Shown: piece by piece, positions 34,629-43,972 of the stretch | Position numbering within the stretch: position 1 is the first letter of the stretch | Layout of the letters: each line of letters starts with the position of its first letter | Origin: an uncultured Clostridia bacterium | GTDB lineage: Bacteria; Bacillota; Clostridia; Oscillospirales; CAG-272 | Length of the DNA: 50,438 nucleotides | Assembly: GCA_947632135.1 (NCBI GenBank) | Contig: CANRNZ010000001.1 | Span: forward strand, 1-50,438 | Direction: 5' to 3' | Translations under genes and position numbers: made by a program | The notes under the pieces: generated by a model | Seen by the model: the letters and a program-made list of their open reading frames with translations, nothing else | Database searches by the model: none | What the model was told of the DNA's origin: nothing

Positions 34629-35351
34629 TTAAAGCTGTCGTGAGGAGTTTTCCGCGCGCCGCTTTTTTACGGCTTTCAGCAAATAGATAATACAAACGGC
34701 GGCGAAAACCGCGCATACCGCGCCGCAAAGCGCTGCGGCGTAAAGAGTCCTTTCGAAAATCATTCGGGACGCTTCCCACATATTTACGGCGCCGAAGGCC
34801 GCAAATATTAAAAACGAGAGTATGCTCAAAAATCCCGTCGGCATTTTGCTCTTTAAAAGCGCTCCGACAATGAGCCCTATAAGGTCGGCAAGGATAAGTC
34901 CGAGAGTGCAGCCCGCGAAAATAATAACGCTGTCGGAAAAGACTCCGTTTGCATAGTTTGCCGCGAGAGTTACCGCGGAAAGCTGAGTCTTGTCCCCGAG
35001 CTCGCCTATAAAAAACGAAACAAAAATCGCAAATACGGGAGAGAGCCTTTTCTTTGAGAACGCCTCATTTTCCTCGCCGTCGGAGTCTCCTCGCAGCGCG
35101 GAAAAGGCAAAGCAGAAAAACGCCGCGGCGGCGACCGACTTTATAATTCTCATGTCCATATATCTGCTCAGCGCCGCTCCCGCCGCGACCGCTGCAAGGT
35201 TCAGCAGCGCGGTCGCGAGCCATGTGCCGATAAGGATATGGGATATTTTATATTTACCTGCCATGGCGACGAGCAATAGCTGAGTCTTGTCGCCCATTTC
35301 CGCAATAAAAATTGTTAGAAACACTGTGATAAACAGTGCATACGGGGTCAT
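34629..35351 (-). CDS. TMEM165/GDT1 (UPF0016) family cation transporter
   Basis: The duplicated signature E-x-G-D-K-T is present (AEMGDKTQLL and GELGDKTQLS). GGAGG RBS. Confidence 0.87.
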   Translation of the reverse strand: MTPYALFITVFLTIFIAEMGDKTQLLLVAMAGKYKISHILIGTWLATALLNLAAVAAGAALSRYMDMRIIKSVAAAAFFCFAFSALRGDSDGEENEAFSKKRLSPVFAIFVSFFIGELGDKTQLSAVTLAANYANGVFSDSVIIFAGCTLGLILADLIGLIVGALLKSKMPTGFLSILSFLIFAAFGAVNMWEASRMIFERTLYAAALCGAVCAVFAAVCIIYLLKAVKKRRAENSSRQL

Positions 35352-35363
35352 ATAAGTCCTCCG

Positions 35364-35467
35364 ATTGATTGAATGAATTGATTGAATGAATTGATTGAAT
35401 GGATTGATTGAATGGATTGATTGAATGGATTGATTGAATGGATTGATTGAATGGATTGATTGAATGG
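35364..35467. repeat. Tandem array, 13 nt x8 (ATTGATTGAATGR) plus degenerate copies to ~35490
   Basis: Read directly. Copies 1-2 end in A and copies 3-8 end in G. The array fills the pcrA-to-GDT1 spacer right up to the RBS. Confidence 0.97.
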
Positions 35468-35523
35468 ATTGATTAGATTGAATTGATTGCTAAAATAAAT
35501 TTGCGCTTTGTGCTTTTATTATT

Positions 35524-37992
35524 TTATATTTTTGTAAGGCGCGCGTATGTCGCCATAAGCTTTTTAACTCCGACCCTGTCGAAATTTATTTCATAAAGAA
35601 TGTCCTGCCCCATCGGCTTTGCCGAAACGACGCTGCCCTCGCCGAAGGTCGAGTGGCGCACTCTGTCGCCGACGTCATATTTTATAATGGCGCTCTGCGC
35701 TCCTCTTGCGGTCGTCGTCCTTTGCACGGCATTTTTTCGGGGGGACGCGCCGTTATAGCCGTTATGCCCGTTATAGGTATATTTTCTATCCTCTCTTTCA
35801 TACCCGCCTGCCCCTTTGCCGTATGACGTTTTGAAGCGGGCGCTGTCGCCGAGGGACGAGGCGAGACCGAAGCCTCCCGCCTGTGAGCCTATCCCGTCCA
35901 CTCTGCAAAGCTCCGACGGAATCTCGTTTACAAATCGCGACAGCCTGTTGTACTGGGTCGAGCCGTTTATCATTCTCTCATAGGCGCTCGTTATGTAAAG
36001 CTCCTTTTTTGCTCTTGTTATCGCAACGTAAGCAAGACGTCTCTCCTCCTCGATCTCAGACGGGTTTATTATGGACTGGATACCGGGGAACAGCCCCTCC
36101 TCCATTCCGGGCAGAAAGACTACGGGAAATTCAAGCCCCTTCGCACTGTGAATCGTCATCAGCACCACGGCGTTTGCGCTCTCGTCATATCTGTCGACGT
36201 CGGAAACGAGGGCAACGTCCTCGAGAAAGCCCGAAAGGTCCGCATTCGGGTTTGAATCCTCGTACTGCCTTGCGGTGGATATAAGCTCCCCGATGTTCTC
36301 GATTCTGTCCTTCTCGCTTTCCCCCGCGCGTATCAGCATTGTCATATATCCCGTTGATACCGATATTTCCTCTATAAGAGCGGAAACGGAGAGATTCTTT
36401 TCCCTTGCCGAGTCAATAAGCTTTGCGAGGGACTCCATGTTTTTTGCCGCCGACGTTGGAATTGCCTTGTGGCTTTCTGCGTGCCTCATGACCTCAAGAA
36501 GGGTCACGCCGCCGCTGTCCGCGATTATCTCCGCCGCCTCAATGGATTTATCTCCTATCCCGCGCCTCGGCACGTTTATTATTCTTTTCAGCCTCAGACT
36601 GTCGGACGGGTTGTTTACGACGGAGATGTACGCGAGAATGTCCTTTATTTCCTGCCTGTCAAAGAAGCGAAGCGAGCCGAGCATTCTGTACGGTATACCC
36701 GCCTTTGCGAACGCCTGCTCTATACTTCGCGACTGCGCGTTTGTTCTGTACAGCACGGCGACGTCTCTGTAGTCGTAGCTGCCCGAGCTTTTCATTTTCG
36801 ATATTTTGTCCGATATGAATCTCGCCTCCTCAAGCTGATTTGAGAGCTTTGAGACGGAGATTGCCTCGCCTGAGCCCCTGTCTGTCCAGAGATTTTTGCC
36901 GCGGCGCTCGCTGTTGTTCTTTATCACCGCGTTCGCGGCGTCAAGAATCGTTTTTGTCGAGCGGTAATTCTGCTCTAACTTTATTACCTCGGCATTCGGA
37001 TAAACGGTGTCGAAATTCATGATGTTCTTAATCGTCGCGCCGCGGAATTTGTATATGCTCTGGTCGTCGTCCCCGACGACCATTATGTTTTTGTATCCTC
37101 CCGCGAGCAGAGTCACGAGTCTGAACTGAGCCTCGTTTGTGTCCTGATACTCGTCGATGCTTATGTACCTGAAGCGGTTTTGCACCTCGCTCAGGATATC
37201 GGGATTGTCCTCAAAGAGAGCGACCGTCTGCATTATTATGTCGTCAAAGTCCATAAGCGAGGAGGCGGCAAGTCTTTTCTGATAAAGCGAGTAAACGGCG
37301 GAGACAGTTTTAAGATATGCGTCGCCGCCCGCGCTCTCGCGGCACTCTGCGGGAGTATGCAGCTTGTCCTTTTCGGAGCTTATTGCGCGAAGAATGCCTT
37401 TTACGGGAAACTGCTTTGAATCTATTTTCAAATCCTTCATGCAGTCCGTAGCAAGCTTTTTCGCATCGTCGGCGTCGCATATTCCGAAATCCCTCGGATA
37501 GCCGAGAACGTCCGCATAGCGGCGCAGAAAGCGCATACATATCGAGTGGAAGGTTCCGCTCCATATGTCTGAGGAAAAGGAGGTATCGCCGTCGAAGGCC
37601 TTCGATATTCTGTCTTTTATTTCGTTTGCGGCTTTGTTTGTAAAGGTTATCGCCATCACGCGCCACGGCGCGGGGGGAGATATCGAAAACCTTGTGAGAA
37701 ACTCGTCGAGCGCCGCGCCGCGAAGGCTCCTTGCGCGCCTCATTTCCTCGAGCGTCGCCGCATCGGCGTCTGTGGGAACGTAGTCCGTGAGGTATGCGTC
37801 GCCATATTTTACCATATAAGCGAGTCTGTTTACGAGAACGGTCGTCTTGCCGCTGCCCGCGCCGGCGAGAATAAGGAGCGGGCCGTTTATTTTATATACA
37901 GAGCGCCTTTGCATGTCGTTCAGAAAAGAGTACTTTATGTCAAACAGCTCTCTTTTCAGCGCCGTGTATTCTTTTTTAAATTCTTCAGTCAT
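35524..37992 (-). CDS. pcrA: ATP-dependent DNA helicase PcrA/UvrD
   Basis: GPLLILAGAGSGKTTVL, DEYQDTN, the VGDDDQSIYKFRGA motifs and the C-terminal FxVGDRVxHxxFGEG tail. The preferred start is the ATG at 37992 (AAAGAG 9 nt upstream). The ATG at 38001 and TTG at 38010 are possible. Confidence 0.9.
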   Translation of the reverse strand: MTEEFKKEYTALKRELFDIKYSFLNDMQRRSVYKINGPLLILAGAGSGKTTVLVNRLAYMVKYGDAYLTDYVPTDADAATLEEMRRARSLRGAALDEFLTRFSISPPAPWRVMAITFTNKAANEIKDRISKAFDGDTSFSSDIWSGTFHSICMRFLRRYADVLGYPRDFGICDADDAKKLATDCMKDLKIDSKQFPVKGILRAISSEKDKLHTPAECRESAGGDAYLKTVSAVYSLYQKRLAASSLMDFDDIIMQTVALFEDNPDILSEVQNRFRYISIDEYQDTNEAQFRLVTLLAGGYKNIMVVGDDDQSIYKFRGATIKNIMNFDTVYPNAEVIKLEQNYRSTKTILDAANAVIKNNSERRGKNLWTDRGSGEAISVSKLSNQLEEARFISDKISKMKSSGSYDYRDVAVLYRTNAQSRSIEQAFAKAGIPYRMLGSLRFFDRQEIKDILAYISVVNNPSDSLRLKRIINVPRRGIGDKSIEAAEIIADSGGVTLLEVMRHAESHKAIPTSAAKNMESLAKLIDSAREKNLSVSALIEEISVSTGYMTMLIRAGESEKDRIENIGELISTARQYEDSNPNADLSGFLEDVALVSDVDRYDESANAVVLMTIHSAKGLEFPVVFLPGMEEGLFPGIQSIINPSEIEEERRLAYVAITRAKKELYITSAYERMINGSTQYNRLSRFVNEIPSELCRVDGIGSQAGGFGLASSLGDSARFKTSYGKGAGGYEREDRKYTYNGHNGYNGASPRKNAVQRTTTARGAQSAIIKYDVGDRVRHSTFGEGSVVSAKPMGQDILYEINFDRVGVKKLMATYARLTKI

Positions 37993-38202
37993 TTGGTGCA
38001 TCTCTTTCAATTTATTCGTTTTGTAATTTTACCATAATTCACTCTTTTTTGCAATACAATATAAAATATATAAAATACATTTTCCCCTTGCCGCAGAATT
38101 TGCAAAGACGCCGCAGGACGGCGCGCGTCAAAGGCCGTTTCGGCTTTTTGTTTCCCTTATGTTTTTCAGCTTTTCTTTTTGACAAATTATACTTATTATT
38201 AC

Positions 38203-38231
38203 TTGACTTGACGCTGAAGCGGATATATAAT
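38203..38231 (+). promoter_or_regulatory. Candidate sigma-A promoter upstream of htpG
   Basis: TTGACT (38203-38208), 17 nt of spacer, then TATAAT (38226-38231). Confidence 0.5.
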
Positions 38232-38358
38232 ATATAGAAGATATAAGTATTATACGGATATTTTAAAAGCATCAAATAAATATCCCGAAAGTGTCGTGTA
38301 AATATCACGAAAATATCGTAAAAGTGTCTTAATTTTTTCTGTAAAAAAAGCCTACTGT

Positions 38359-38380
38359 CCGCCGCAGCAGCGGCGGTTTT
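38359..38380 (+). terminator. Terminator-like hairpin inside the htpG leader (attenuator, or the end of a small RNA)
   Basis: A 7 bp GC stem CCGCCGC/GCGGCGG with an AGCA loop, followed by TTTT. It lies about 140 nt after the predicted TSS and 75 nt before the htpG ATG. Confidence 0.45.
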
Positions 38381-38454
38381 GATTGCGCTCTCGGCAAAGC
38401 CGATGACGCCTTAATTTGCTTTGAATACTGCAAGTAACGGAGGATAAAATTCAA

Positions 38455-40437
38455 ATGGACGAAGCAAAAAACGACGTAAAAAATGAAGTAAACGACGTAA
38501 AAAATGAAGTAAAAGACGAAGTAAAAAACGATGTAAAAAACGACGTAAAAAAAGAAAAAGGCGGTATCAGCGTCGAAGCCGCGCAGATATTCCCAATCAT
38601 AAAAAAATGGCTCTATTCGGATAAAGAAATCTTTCTTCGCGAAATAGTGTCCAACGCCTGCGACGCCGTCACAAAGCTGCGCCGGCTCATCTCTCTCGGA
38701 GAGGTGAAAAATATCGCGGACGAAAACTTTAAGGTCAAGGTGACGCTCGACAAGGACGCGCAGACAATAACGGTATCCGACAACGGCATCGGTATGACGT
38801 CGGAGGAGCTGAAAAAATATATATGCCAAATCGCGCTTTCGGGCGCTCTCGATTTTATTGAAAAATACGAGGGCTCGGAGGGCGACACGTCGGGAATAAT
38901 CGGTCATTTCGGACTCGGCTTTTATTCCGCGTTTATGGTTAGCTCATCCGTCGACGTTATAACAAGGTCGTATACGGGACAACCCGCCGTAAAGTGGACA
39001 TGCGGCGAGGACGGGGAGTACGAAACGGAGGAAAACTGCGACTGTGACGAGCTCTTTGACGAGCGCGGAACCGCTGTTATAATGCACATAAACGACGAGG
39101 GAAAGGAATTTCTGAACGCTTCGTCAATAAGAGATATACTCGACAAGTACTGCGCTTTTATGCCGGTTGAGATTTATTTTGACGACGGGGAGGAGCACGA
39201 GCATGAACATGAGCATGAACATGACGGTGAGTGCGAGTGCGGGCATGACGCCGAGGAAAAGCCGATAAACGACACCTTACCCCTTTGGCTGAAAAAACCC
39301 TCGGAATGTACCGAGGAGGAATATAAGAGCTTTTACACAAAGGTTTTCCATGACTACAGAGAGCCTCTGTTCTGGATACATATTCGAGCAGATTATCCGC
39401 TCAACTTCAAGGGAATACTTTATTTCCCCAAAATAACGAGCGAATTTGAAAGTCTTGAGGGTCAGGTAAAGCTGTACTACAATCAGGTTTTCGTCTCAGA
39501 TAACATAAAAGAGGTCATTCCCGAATATCTTTTAATGCTGAAGGGAGTGCTCGACTGTCCCGAGTTGCCGCTCAACGTGTCGAGAAGCTATCTTCAGAAC
39601 AGCGGATACGTTACTAAGATATCCGCGCATATCATAAAAAAGGTTGCGGACAAGCTGAACGGCATGTTCGCAAACGAGAGAGAGAAATACGAAAAGCTCT
39701 GGACAGATATCAAGACCTTTGTCGAGTACGGGAGCATGAGGGACAGAAAGTTCTACGACAGAGTCAAAAATTCCATAGTGTATAAGCTCTGCGACGGCTC
39801 TTTTGCGACCCTTTCGGAATACCTTGACGGCGCAAAGGAAAAGCACGAAAACAAGGTCTACTACACCTCCGACAGGTCAAAGCAGGCGTCGTATATATCG
39901 ATGCTCGAGGCGGAGGGCATAAAGGTCGCCGTTCTCGACAAATTCGTCGATTCTCAGTTTATAAATACTGTTGAGATGAATGAGTCGGGAGTCAAATTCT
40001 GCCGTGTCGACTCAGAGCTTGCCGACGCGCTGAAGGACGGGGAGAAGGCAAAAGAGGTAAAGGGAGTCTCGAAGCTCTTTGGCTCGATTGTTCCCGAGGG
40101 GACCAAAATCACATTCGAAAAATTCAAAAACGCCGAGATTCCCGCAATTCTGAATATAAGCGAGCAGTCGCGCCGCATGGAGGACATGATGAAAATGTAC
40201 TCAATGGCGGGAGAGGATGCCTCAAATATCGGCGCTTTCCCGACTGAGGCGACTCTTATACTGAATACCGAAAACTCCCTTATAAAAAAGCTTGACGACG
40301 ACGCGACGAATCCAGAAATCAAGGAAAAGATTGCAAGGCACATATATGACCTTTGCATTATAAGTCAGAGAGGGCTTGAAGCCTCCGAGCTTGAGAAGTT
40401 CCTTCGCGAGAGCTACGACATACTCTCGATGCTTTAA
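38455..40437 (+). CDS. htpG: Molecular chaperone HtpG (Hsp90) with a repeat-derived N-terminal extension and a His/Glu/Cys-rich insert
   Basis: LYSDKEIFLREIVSNACDA, IGHFGLGFYSAFMV and the overall Hsp90 layout. A GGAGG RBS precedes the ATG at 38455. Confidence 0.92.
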   Translation: MDEAKNDVKNEVNDVKNEVKDEVKNDVKNDVKKEKGGISVEAAQIFPIIKKWLYSDKEIFLREIVSNACDAVTKLRRLISLGEVKNIADENFKVKVTLDKDAQTITVSDNGIGMTSEELKKYICQIALSGALDFIEKYEGSEGDTSGIIGHFGLGFYSAFMVSSSVDVITRSYTGQPAVKWTCGEDGEYETEENCDCDELFDERGTAVIMHINDEGKEFLNASSIRDILDKYCAFMPVEIYFDDGEEHEHEHEHEHDGECECGHDAEEKPINDTLPLWLKKPSECTEEEYKSFYTKVFHDYREPLFWIHIRADYPLNFKGILYFPKITSEFESLEGQVKLYYNQVFVSDNIKEVIPEYLLMLKGVLDCPELPLNVSRSYLQNSGYVTKISAHIIKKVADKLNGMFANEREKYEKLWTDIKTFVEYGSMRDRKFYDRVKNSIVYKLCDGSFATLSEYLDGAKEKHENKVYYTSDRSKQASYISMLEAEGIKVAVLDKFVDSQFINTVEMNESGVKFCRVDSELADALKDGEKAKEVKGVSKLFGSIVPEGTKITFEKFKNAEIPAILNISEQSRRMEDMMKMYSMAGEDASNIGAFPTEATLILNTENSLIKKLDDDATNPEIKEKIARHIYDLCIISQRGLEASELEKFLRESYDILSML

Positions 40438-40490
40438 GTTTTCCGTATTAAATTAAAATTAAAAATCAAAAATGGATTTTATATGCGAAG

Positions 40491-41243
40491 ATGGGTGTGA
40501 CGGAGTTTGATACGGAGCGTCTCAGGGAAATGCTCGCCGTCTCGAGAGAGCGCAGAATAATTGTCTTTGACAGAACAGATTCCACAAACGCGAGGCTCGC
40601 TTGCGATTTGTCAAACGGGCTTTGCGGACTTCATGACATATATATCGCAAACTCGCAGAGCGCGGGGCGGGGCAGACGCGGAAAAAGCTTTATATCGAAT
40701 TACGGCGGGCTATACATGAGCTTTTGCGTCGAAAAGGACGACAGCGGGCTGATGACCGTGATTTGCGGGGTGGCTGTCGCCGACGCACTGTCGAAAATGG
40801 GTTTTTCACCCGAAATCAAATGGGTGAACGATATTCTGATAAATAATAAAAAGGTCTGCGGTATCCTCGCTCAAAGCTCCTCCGACAGTAACCTTGCCGT
40901 TATGGGAGTCGGGATAAATCTTGCCGCTTCGGCACTTACGGGGGAGGTATCCGATATAGCGACGGCGCTTGAGTGTGAGCGCGGCGTACTTATGCCGCGC
41001 GAGCGCATTGCCGCCGAGGTCGTAAACGGATACGGGCGCCTTGTAAAGGAAAAAACGGAAGACGTCATAGAAAAATACAAAAGCTATATGACAATGCTCG
41101 GCGGCGAGGTCATTATAAAGGAGACAGGCGAGCGCTGCCGCGCCGTCGACGTCGATATTACAGGCGCTCTTACTGTCAGTTTTCCGCGCGGTGAGATAAG
41201 GCGCCTCAATTCGGGGGAGATATCCGTAATAAAGTCCGATTGA
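40491..41243 (+). CDS. birA: Biotin--[acetyl-CoA-carboxylase] ligase (no N-terminal HTH)
   Basis: The GRGRRGKSF motif, KWVNDILINNKKVCGIL and a C-terminal SH3-like domain. The RBS is weak, so the start is tentative. Confidence 0.8.
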   Translation: MGVTEFDTERLREMLAVSRERRIIVFDRTDSTNARLACDLSNGLCGLHDIYIANSQSAGRGRRGKSFISNYGGLYMSFCVEKDDSGLMTVICGVAVADALSKMGFSPEIKWVNDILINNKKVCGILAQSSSDSNLAVMGVGINLAASALTGEVSDIATALECERGVLMPRERIAAEVVNGYGRLVKEKTEDVIEKYKSYMTMLGGEVIIKETGERCRAVDVDITGALTVSFPRGEIRRLNSGEISVIKSD

Positions 41244-41314
41244 ATTTTTTAATAATAATATAAAATCAAAAATATAAAATATTCAATATAAAATAATAAT
41301 CTTCGGGGGTAAAC

Positions 41315-43030
41315 ATGGAGAATTGGAAAGCGATGTATGAAAAATGGCTTGAGAGCGACAGAGTGTCGGAGAGCGTTAAGAACGAGCTGAGAGCTCTCGG
41401 TGAAGAGGACATCAAAATCAGGTTTTCAAATTATATGTCCTTCGGCACCGCGGGACTTCGCGCCGAAATGGGAGCGGGTACGGCGTTCATGAACACCTAC
41501 ACCGTCGCGCATGCCACAATGGGAATTGCGCGTCTTATATGCGACATGGGGGAGGATGCGAAAAAGCGCGGCGTCGTCATTGCCTATGACAGCAGAAACA
41601 ATTCTCCCGAATTTGCAAAAAGGTGCGCGGAGGTTCTCTCGGCCGAGGGGATACAGGTTTACCTCTTTGAGTCTCTCAGACCGACTCCCGTTTTATCCTT
41701 TTCGATAAGGGAGCTCGGGTGCGCCGCGGGAATAAACATAACGGCGTCTCACAATCCCAAAAAATACAATGGGTACAAGGCTTATTTTGAGGACGGCGCG
41801 CAGCTCTCGCCCGACAACGCCGAAACAGTCTCAAAGGCAATAATGTCAATCGACATATTTGACGGCGTGCCGACCCCGGAGGAGGCAAGAGCGGAGCTTA
41901 TAAAAACTGTCGGCAGAGAGCTTGACGAAAAATATATGGAAAAAGTCCTCGCACAGAGAGTAAACGAAAACGCAATACGCGACGCGGCGGACGGGCTTAA
42001 AATAGTATATTCTCCGCTGCACGGAGCGGGCGCGGTCATGGTTCCCGAGGTGCTGCGCCGCGCGGGACTTAAAAATCTGTATACAGTCGACAGTCAGATG
42101 GCGCCCGACGGGAATTTTCCGACGGTGGAATATCCCAATCCCGAGTTTCCCGCCGCGTTTGAGGAGGGAATAAAGATTGCCGAAAAGGTGGGATGCGACC
42201 TTATCGTTGCAACGGACCCCGACGCCGACCGTGTCGGAGTCGCGGCAAGGGACAAAAACGGAAAATTCAACTGCATAACCGGAAATCAGATGGGAGCTTT
42301 GCTTCTTGACTATATTATAACCGCCAATAAAGAGAGCGGTAAGCTGCCCGAGGATGCGTATGCCGTAAAGACGATAGTCACGTCCGAAATGGCGTCGGAA
42401 ATCTGCAGCGCAAACGGAGTTAAAATGTACAACGTCCTCACCGGATTCAAATTTATAGGCGAGGTAATAAAAAACAGCGAGGAAAGCGGAAAGGGAACCT
42501 TCCTTCTCGGCTTTGAGGAAAGCTACGGATACCTTAAAGGGACATATGCGAGAGACAAGGACGCGGTCGTCGCCTCGCTGCTCATCTGCGAAATGGCAGC
42601 TTTTTACAAGCTGAAAAACATGACTCTCTCCGACGCGCTCGAGGCGCTGTTTGAAAAATACGGGTATTTTAAAGAGAGCGTCAAAAACGTCATAATGGAC
42701 ACGCCCGACGGCAGTGAGAGAATGGCAAACGTAATGAAGGCTCTCAGAAAGAACCCGCCGACCTCGCTCGGAGGAAAGAAGATAGTTGAGTTCCGCGATT
42801 ACAGCACGGGAGTCGTAAAAAATCTTGCGACAGGCGAAACGTCGTCAACAAATCTTCCTCTTTCCGACGTACTGTATTATGTAAACGAGGAGGGCGACGT
42901 GATTGTGGTGCGCCCGTCGGGAACAGAGCCGAAGGTCAAAATTTACGTTCTCACAAGAGGCTCGTCCGCAAAGGCGGCAGAGGACAGCGCAAAGGCAAGC
43001 CTTGACGACATCGGCGCGATGATAAAATAA
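41315..43030 (+). CDS. Phosphoglucomutase/phosphomannomutase family (alpha-D-phosphohexomutase)
   Basis: The active-site loop TASHNPKKYNGYK, the metal-binding TDPDADR and the sugar-binding GFEESYGY. Confidence 0.88.
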   Translation: MENWKAMYEKWLESDRVSESVKNELRALGEEDIKIRFSNYMSFGTAGLRAEMGAGTAFMNTYTVAHATMGIARLICDMGEDAKKRGVVIAYDSRNNSPEFAKRCAEVLSAEGIQVYLFESLRPTPVLSFSIRELGCAAGINITASHNPKKYNGYKAYFEDGAQLSPDNAETVSKAIMSIDIFDGVPTPEEARAELIKTVGRELDEKYMEKVLAQRVNENAIRDAADGLKIVYSPLHGAGAVMVPEVLRRAGLKNLYTVDSQMAPDGNFPTVEYPNPEFPAAFEEGIKIAEKVGCDLIVATDPDADRVGVAARDKNGKFNCITGNQMGALLLDYIITANKESGKLPEDAYAVKTIVTSEMASEICSANGVKMYNVLTGFKFIGEVIKNSEESGKGTFLLGFEESYGYLKGTYARDKDAVVASLLICEMAAFYKLKNMTLSDALEALFEKYGYFKESVKNVIMDTPDGSERMANVMKALRKNPPTSLGGKKIVEFRDYSTGVVKNLATGETSSTNLPLSDVLYYVNEEGDVIVVRPSGTEPKVKIYVLTRGSSAKAAEDSAKASLDDIGAMIK

Positions 43031-43090
43031 AGGCTTTTAAATAAAAACTTTTAAATCCGAAATAATTGTTTTAACCGCAAAATTGCAATC

Positions 43091-43120
43091 GCGGCGCCAC
43101 CGAAAGTGGCGCCGCTTTTT
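43091..43120 (+). terminator. Intrinsic terminator
   Basis: A perfect 10 bp stem GCGGCGCCAC/GTGGCGCCGC with a CGAAA loop, followed by TTTTT. Confidence 0.85.
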
Positions 43121-43220
43121 CGCGCAGACTGCGGGCGGATATTATCGGGAATTTAAAAACAAAACAGAAAAGCAGATACGCCTTCGGCATACCTGCTTTC
43201 CCGCTTATCCGAGCGGTTTT

Positions 43221-43265
43221 GATAAATCCGATAAATCCGATAAATCTTATAAATCCGATAAATCT
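43221..43265. repeat. Tandem repeat, 9 nt x5 (GATAAATCC and variants)
   Basis: Read directly. Confidence 0.95.
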
Positions 43266-43354
43266 AAAAAGTTAAAGAGCTGCTGCATTTAGTTGACACA
43301 GCTTACACAGTTGAAAACCATCATACAAAAATCAAACGGAAATGACAATTAACT

Positions 43355-43384
43355 TTTATTTATCTTTATTTATCTTTATTTATC
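43355..43384. repeat. Tandem repeat, 10 nt x3 (TTATTTATCT)
   Basis: Read directly. Confidence 0.95.
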
Positions 43385-43448
43385 TTAATAATTTATCTTA
43401 ATATCGTGAAATATATCCGCCGTCGGAAAAAAGACGGTTTGTCCTTAC

Positions 43449-43649
43449 TTATTTGGAGCCCTTAATATCGTTCTCGTACTTTTCAACCATCTTCTTTACC
43501 ATCTGACCGCCGATACTGCCGGCCTGACGGGCTGTAAGGTCACCGTTGTAACCCTGATTAAGAGTTACTCCTACCTCGCCGGCTGCTTCCATCTTGAACT
43601 GATCGAGAGCTGCCTTTGCTTCAGGAACAAGATTCTTATTAGTTGACAT
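43449..43649 (-). CDS. Alpha/beta-type small acid-soluble spore protein
   Basis: LVPEAKAALDQFKMEAAGEVGV...GDLTARQAGSIGGQMVKKMVE is the canonical SASP signature. GGAGGGAG RBS. Confidence 0.92.
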   Translation of the reverse strand: MSTNKNLVPEAKAALDQFKMEAAGEVGVTLNQGYNGDLTARQAGSIGGQMVKKMVEKYENDIKGSK

Positions 43650-43912
43650 TTTTCTTCTCCCTCTGTGAAATAAATACCCTTTCGGGCAATCTATATTTAT
43701 CGAGAACTTTCGTTCTCTGTGATTATTATGGATTATGGCGAAAAATATATGAATGGTAATTTTTATGCGATAAAAATGCGCAAATACGCTTTTTAAATCG
43801 CTGCGCGGTATGTTATATATTTATATATAATGATATGATATCGGCGGTTAAAAAATATCTAAGGCGCGCCATGCCGCCGCGCGCTTGAAAAATATAATAA
43901 AAAATAAAAAAA

Positions 43913-43943
43913 GAACCGAAAAGTCTTTTTAACTTTTCGGTTC
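43913..43943 (-). terminator. Intrinsic terminator for the 43973-44665 gene
   Basis: A 12 bp stem GAACCGAAAAGT/ACTTTTCGGTTC followed on the minus strand by a long T run. Confidence 0.75.
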
Positions 43944-43972
43944 GCTGTTTTAAAGCGCCGGCACCTGCTTTG

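Noticed and set aside
35364-35490. Possible CRISPR array (regularly spaced identical units)
   Set aside because: The units are contiguous 13-mers with no spacers, far shorter than CRISPR repeats, and no cas genes are nearby. It is a simple tandem repeat.
38329-38907. A 192 aa minus-strand ORF overlapping the htpG start and leader
   Set aside because: It reads the htpG N-terminal repeat backwards (FYVVFYIVFYFVFYF...), has no RBS and conflicts with the strongly supported htpG.
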